A stretch of DNA of 64,000 bases. Origin: an uncultured Gammaproteobacteria bacterium. GTDB lineage: Bacteria > Patescibacteriota > Patescibacteriia > UBA10025 > JAHIVO01. Shown here piece after piece: positions 61,913-64,000 of this stretch. How positions within the stretch are numbered: position 1 is the first letter of the stretch; the number at the start of each line of letters is the position of its first letter. Below the pieces are notes generated by a model that was given only the letters and a program-made list of their open reading frames with translations, was not told the origin of the DNA and did not search any database. The stretch is taken from the NCBI GenBank assembly GCA_964415025.1, contig CAYPXF010000002.1, forward strand, positions 11,825-75,824, in the 5' to 3' direction. A program made the translations under genes and the position numbers.

Positions 61913-62488
61913 CTAGTTTTTTTGAGTATACAATGTATGTATTCTTTTATTAAAACTCTTATTGCCATATATAGGCATAATATCAAAAACCGCGTCCCAG
62001 TCGATGTGCGACAGATTATCGAAGTAATAATTGCGCTGTAAATAGGCCGTATCCAAAAATGCTCTTTCTAAACTCGCAATATAATAATTCTCTTTTTTTA
62101 TCACGCCTTTAGAATTTGTTAGGATAGAATCTTTTATTCGTCGGTATATAAATAATTGCCCTCGTACGTGCACCTCCCTGGAAATATATGAAGCGGCGAA
62201 TATCTGGCTATACTTTTGGAACACGGCACCCTCTGAGCCTAAAACGGTCTCAAAACTGATATAGGAAGGAGTGTAGATTTTAGTTGCAAGCTCAATTGCA
62301 TTATACTTCTCATCCTTAGCATAAATTCCCCTACGCAATCGAATTAACTGACCTTTTTTAACGTATTTTCTAAGTCTTTCCCGTGCGGATGATTCATTTT
62401 TTTCGCCCCATAACAAGGAAATGTCCTTTGTTGAAAAGATGGTTTGGGGAGACCTCAGAAGGGTGTTTAAATATTGACCTTTTTTCAT
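61913..62488 (-). CDS. AbiEi antitoxin/transcriptional regulator
   Basis: LIRLRRGIY, PSYISFETVL, ASLERAFLD. Confidence 0.9.
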   Translation of the reverse strand: MKKGQYLNTLLRSPQTIFSTKDISLLWGEKNESSARERLRKYVKKGQLIRLRRGIYAKDEKYNAIELATKIYTPSYISFETVLGSEGAVFQKYSQIFAASYISREVHVRGQLFIYRRIKDSILTNSKGVIKKENYYIASLERAFLDTAYLQRNYYFDNLSHIDWDAVFDIMPIYGNKSFNKRIHTLYTQKN

Positions 62489-62490
62489 AT

Positions 62491-62551
62491 ATATGCTATT
62501 TCTCTACTGTATGTCACCTTTATGGTGACTTCCAGTATAAATATTAGCATA
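62491..62551. promoter_or_regulatory. Nested inverted repeat, probable AbiEi operator
   Basis: ATATGCTA..ACTG..GTCACC-TTTAT-GGTGAC..CAGT..TAGCATAT. Confidence 0.65.
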
Positions 62552-62561
62552 TTTTCAATAT

Positions 62562-62681
62562 TTATGCAACCATACCCTGGCCGAGCTTCTGCAGTTCACG
62601 CCGCACATACGGCATCCAGTGGTCGTGGTTTGTCCCGCCGCCATTGCCGTGGATGATGATGGCTTTTTGTGGTTGGGGCAT
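62562..62681 (-). pseudogene. N-terminal fragment of an RBBP9/YdeN alpha/beta hydrolase
   Basis: MPQPQKAIIIHGNGGGTNHDHWMPYVRRELQKLG, then stop. Confidence 0.75.
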
Positions 62682-62723
62682 GATGAGAAATATATATTAT
62701 TGTGACTAAAAATGCAGAGGACG

Positions 62724-63143
62724 CTATTTGATCTGGTCTGCTAATATTTTTCTGATTCCCTCTGGATATAGAGTAAGCGCACTCAAATCTTTCACCGGAT
62801 GCCATTCTAATATATACCGATTCCGGTCAGTCATTCGCCCGAGCTCCTCTCCGCCGAGCGTCACGGTACCTGCGGTAATGTGACAAAGATATAGGCGGTG
62901 GGTCCGTTGGTCATTGGGCCAGTCATTATACACTTCACCCAGTTTCTCAGTAATCTGCACGTCGACACTGGCCTCCTCTCGTATTTCACGTACCAATGTC
63001 TGCTCGCTGGTCTCGCCGTCCTCCATGCTGCCGCCGGGTAATATATAATACTCCCGGCCTTCCTGGATCCTATGCATGAGCAGTACATTGTTGTTTTCGA
63101 TAATAACGGCGGATGAACGCCAGGGGTATTTGTGTTTTGTCAT
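62724..63143 (-). CDS. NUDIX hydrolase
   Basis: PGGSMEDGETSEQTLVREIREEAS; leaderless TATACT-N6-ATG. Confidence 0.92.
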   Translation of the reverse strand: MTKHKYPWRSSAVIIENNNVLLMHRIQEGREYYILPGGSMEDGETSEQTLVREIREEASVDVQITEKLGEVYNDWPNDQRTHRLYLCHITAGTVTLGGEELGRMTDRNRYILEWHPVKDLSALTLYPEGIRKILADQIK

Positions 63144-63271
63144 GATGTCAGTATACCAAAACCCAGCACCCAATGACCATACTAACTTCTAAAAACTAAC
63201 AACCAAAAACCGCCCTCGCACCCGGAGTGGTGCAGGAAGGACTTAGAGTATGGTGAAAAATGTGCCCTATA

Positions 63272-64000
63272 TCACACCAATTCCCCCTCAAACGCCTTCT
63301 GCAAAATAGATTGCTTTAACTCCTTCATATCCTCCGCGGTCTGCTGCTGCAGTACCTGCAATTTTTTTGCTTTTTCGGAAAGTGAATCTAAATACGCCAC
63401 AATCTTTTTTTGTTCGGGAAGGGGCGGGAGTGGAAATATAAGCTTTTTTAGTTTTGTTCCGTTTACATTAGGTTGTGCACCGCCAACTTTTTGACCCACG
63501 ATTTGATCCCAATAGTACGGTGATTGGAAAAAGTAGTATAGGAATTCAGCGAAACATTTTTGCTTATCTACTACGGCTCGAATTAAATAAGATGCAAAAA
63601 TTGCGTTTTGTGGTGGACTGGTAATTAAATAGCTTTTGCCAACGGTTGCGCCCGTTCTCGCAAACACAATATCCCCTTCGCGCAATTTATAACTTTCAAT
63701 ATCTTTACAATCGCAGTACGGAACGGAATCCCAATTCACATGACTATTTTGGATGTCAGTAATTCGAAGCAATCGAGAATTGCCCGACTGCTTTGCTGAA
63801 GCCGTATAACCATATTGTACCTGCTTAGTTACTTCGTTTACTGTCTGCTCCCTCCACCCCTTCTGTCTCCCCTTTTCAAAAATCTGGTACAGGGCGGCGG
63901 GGATGAGGGCGCTGGCGTCTGTCGACGCTTCTTCGCGTAGCTTTTGGGCTTCGTCAATTTTCCCAAAAAGCTCCTCAATTTTCTTTACAATTTTTTTCTG
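63272..64000 (-). CDS. hsdS: Type I restriction specificity subunit, C-terminal half (5' end outside window)
   Basis: Frame open to 64000; GDIVFARTGATVGK, PLPPLPEQKKIV..LD, LKQSILQKAFEGEL. Confidence 0.93.
   Translation of the reverse strand, partial: QKKIVKKIEELFGKIDEAQKLREEASTDASALIPAALYQIFEKGRQKGWREQTVNEVTKQVQYGYTASAKQSGNSRLLRITDIQNSHVNWDSVPYCDCKDIESYKLREGDIVFARTGATVGKSYLITSPPQNAIFASYLIRAVVDKQKCFAEFLYYFFQSPYYWDQIVGQKVGGAQPNVNGTKLKKLIFPLPPLPEQKKIVAYLDSLSEKAKKLQVLQQQTAEDMKELKQSILQKAFEGELV

Noticed and set aside
59445-63161. Diversity-generating retroelement TR/VR pair suggested by the ~120-bp near-duplicate
   Set aside because: Mismatches are not confined to adenines on either strand, the repeat covers a gene 5' end and promoter, and no reverse transcriptase is in the window
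47000-63270. Integron cassette array
   Set aside because: No IntI, no consistent RYYYAAC...GTTRRRY attC sites; genes have their own promoters and mixed orientation

Overview
Bacterial chromosomal DNA using genetic code 11. It is most consistent with a Patescibacteria/CPR (Parcubacteria/ABY1-like) genome; this is inferred from CPR-typical hypothetical genes, core genes lacking Shine-Dalgarno (SD) sites, leaderless starts and heptamer-repeat intergenic hairpins. Positions 1-41 kb are mostly core genes: tsf, rpsB, rpmE, prfA, prmC, rplY, rodA, dnaE, thrS, miaB, miaA, hpf, gatB, a dTTP cluster (dCMP deaminase-dut-thyA-yjjX*-folA-tmk), secE-nusG-rplK-rplA, gyrB, pheST. Among them sit stand-alone orphan genes, most with their own sigma70 promoter, a strong SD and a terminator, including an FCB-type RpoD. 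Positions 41-64 kb are an accessory/defence-like island: Panacea+RelE TA, an intein-containing UvrD-nuclease, PIN, RAYT relics, a lidless pyruvate kinase-LOG fusion, HD hydrolase, PD-(D/E)XK nuclease, MerR-HATPase/STAS pair, GreA, YgjP, GIY-YIG, B12 radical SAM, HigBA, AbiE, NUDIX and type I HsdS. The island's junctions are full of short diverged copies and truncated fragments of genes. Best leads: (1) a compact T-box-like riboswitch upstream of thrS with ACC in a terminal loop; (2) the PK-LOG fusion next to an HD hydrolase; (3) the two classes of expression signals (SD cassettes vs SD-less or leaderless genes); (4) the recombination-scar architecture of the island; (5) an intein with a GIY-YIG-like insert. 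No CRISPR array, rRNA, tRNA, integrase or reverse transcriptase was found. All family calls are by motif recognition; no database searches were run.
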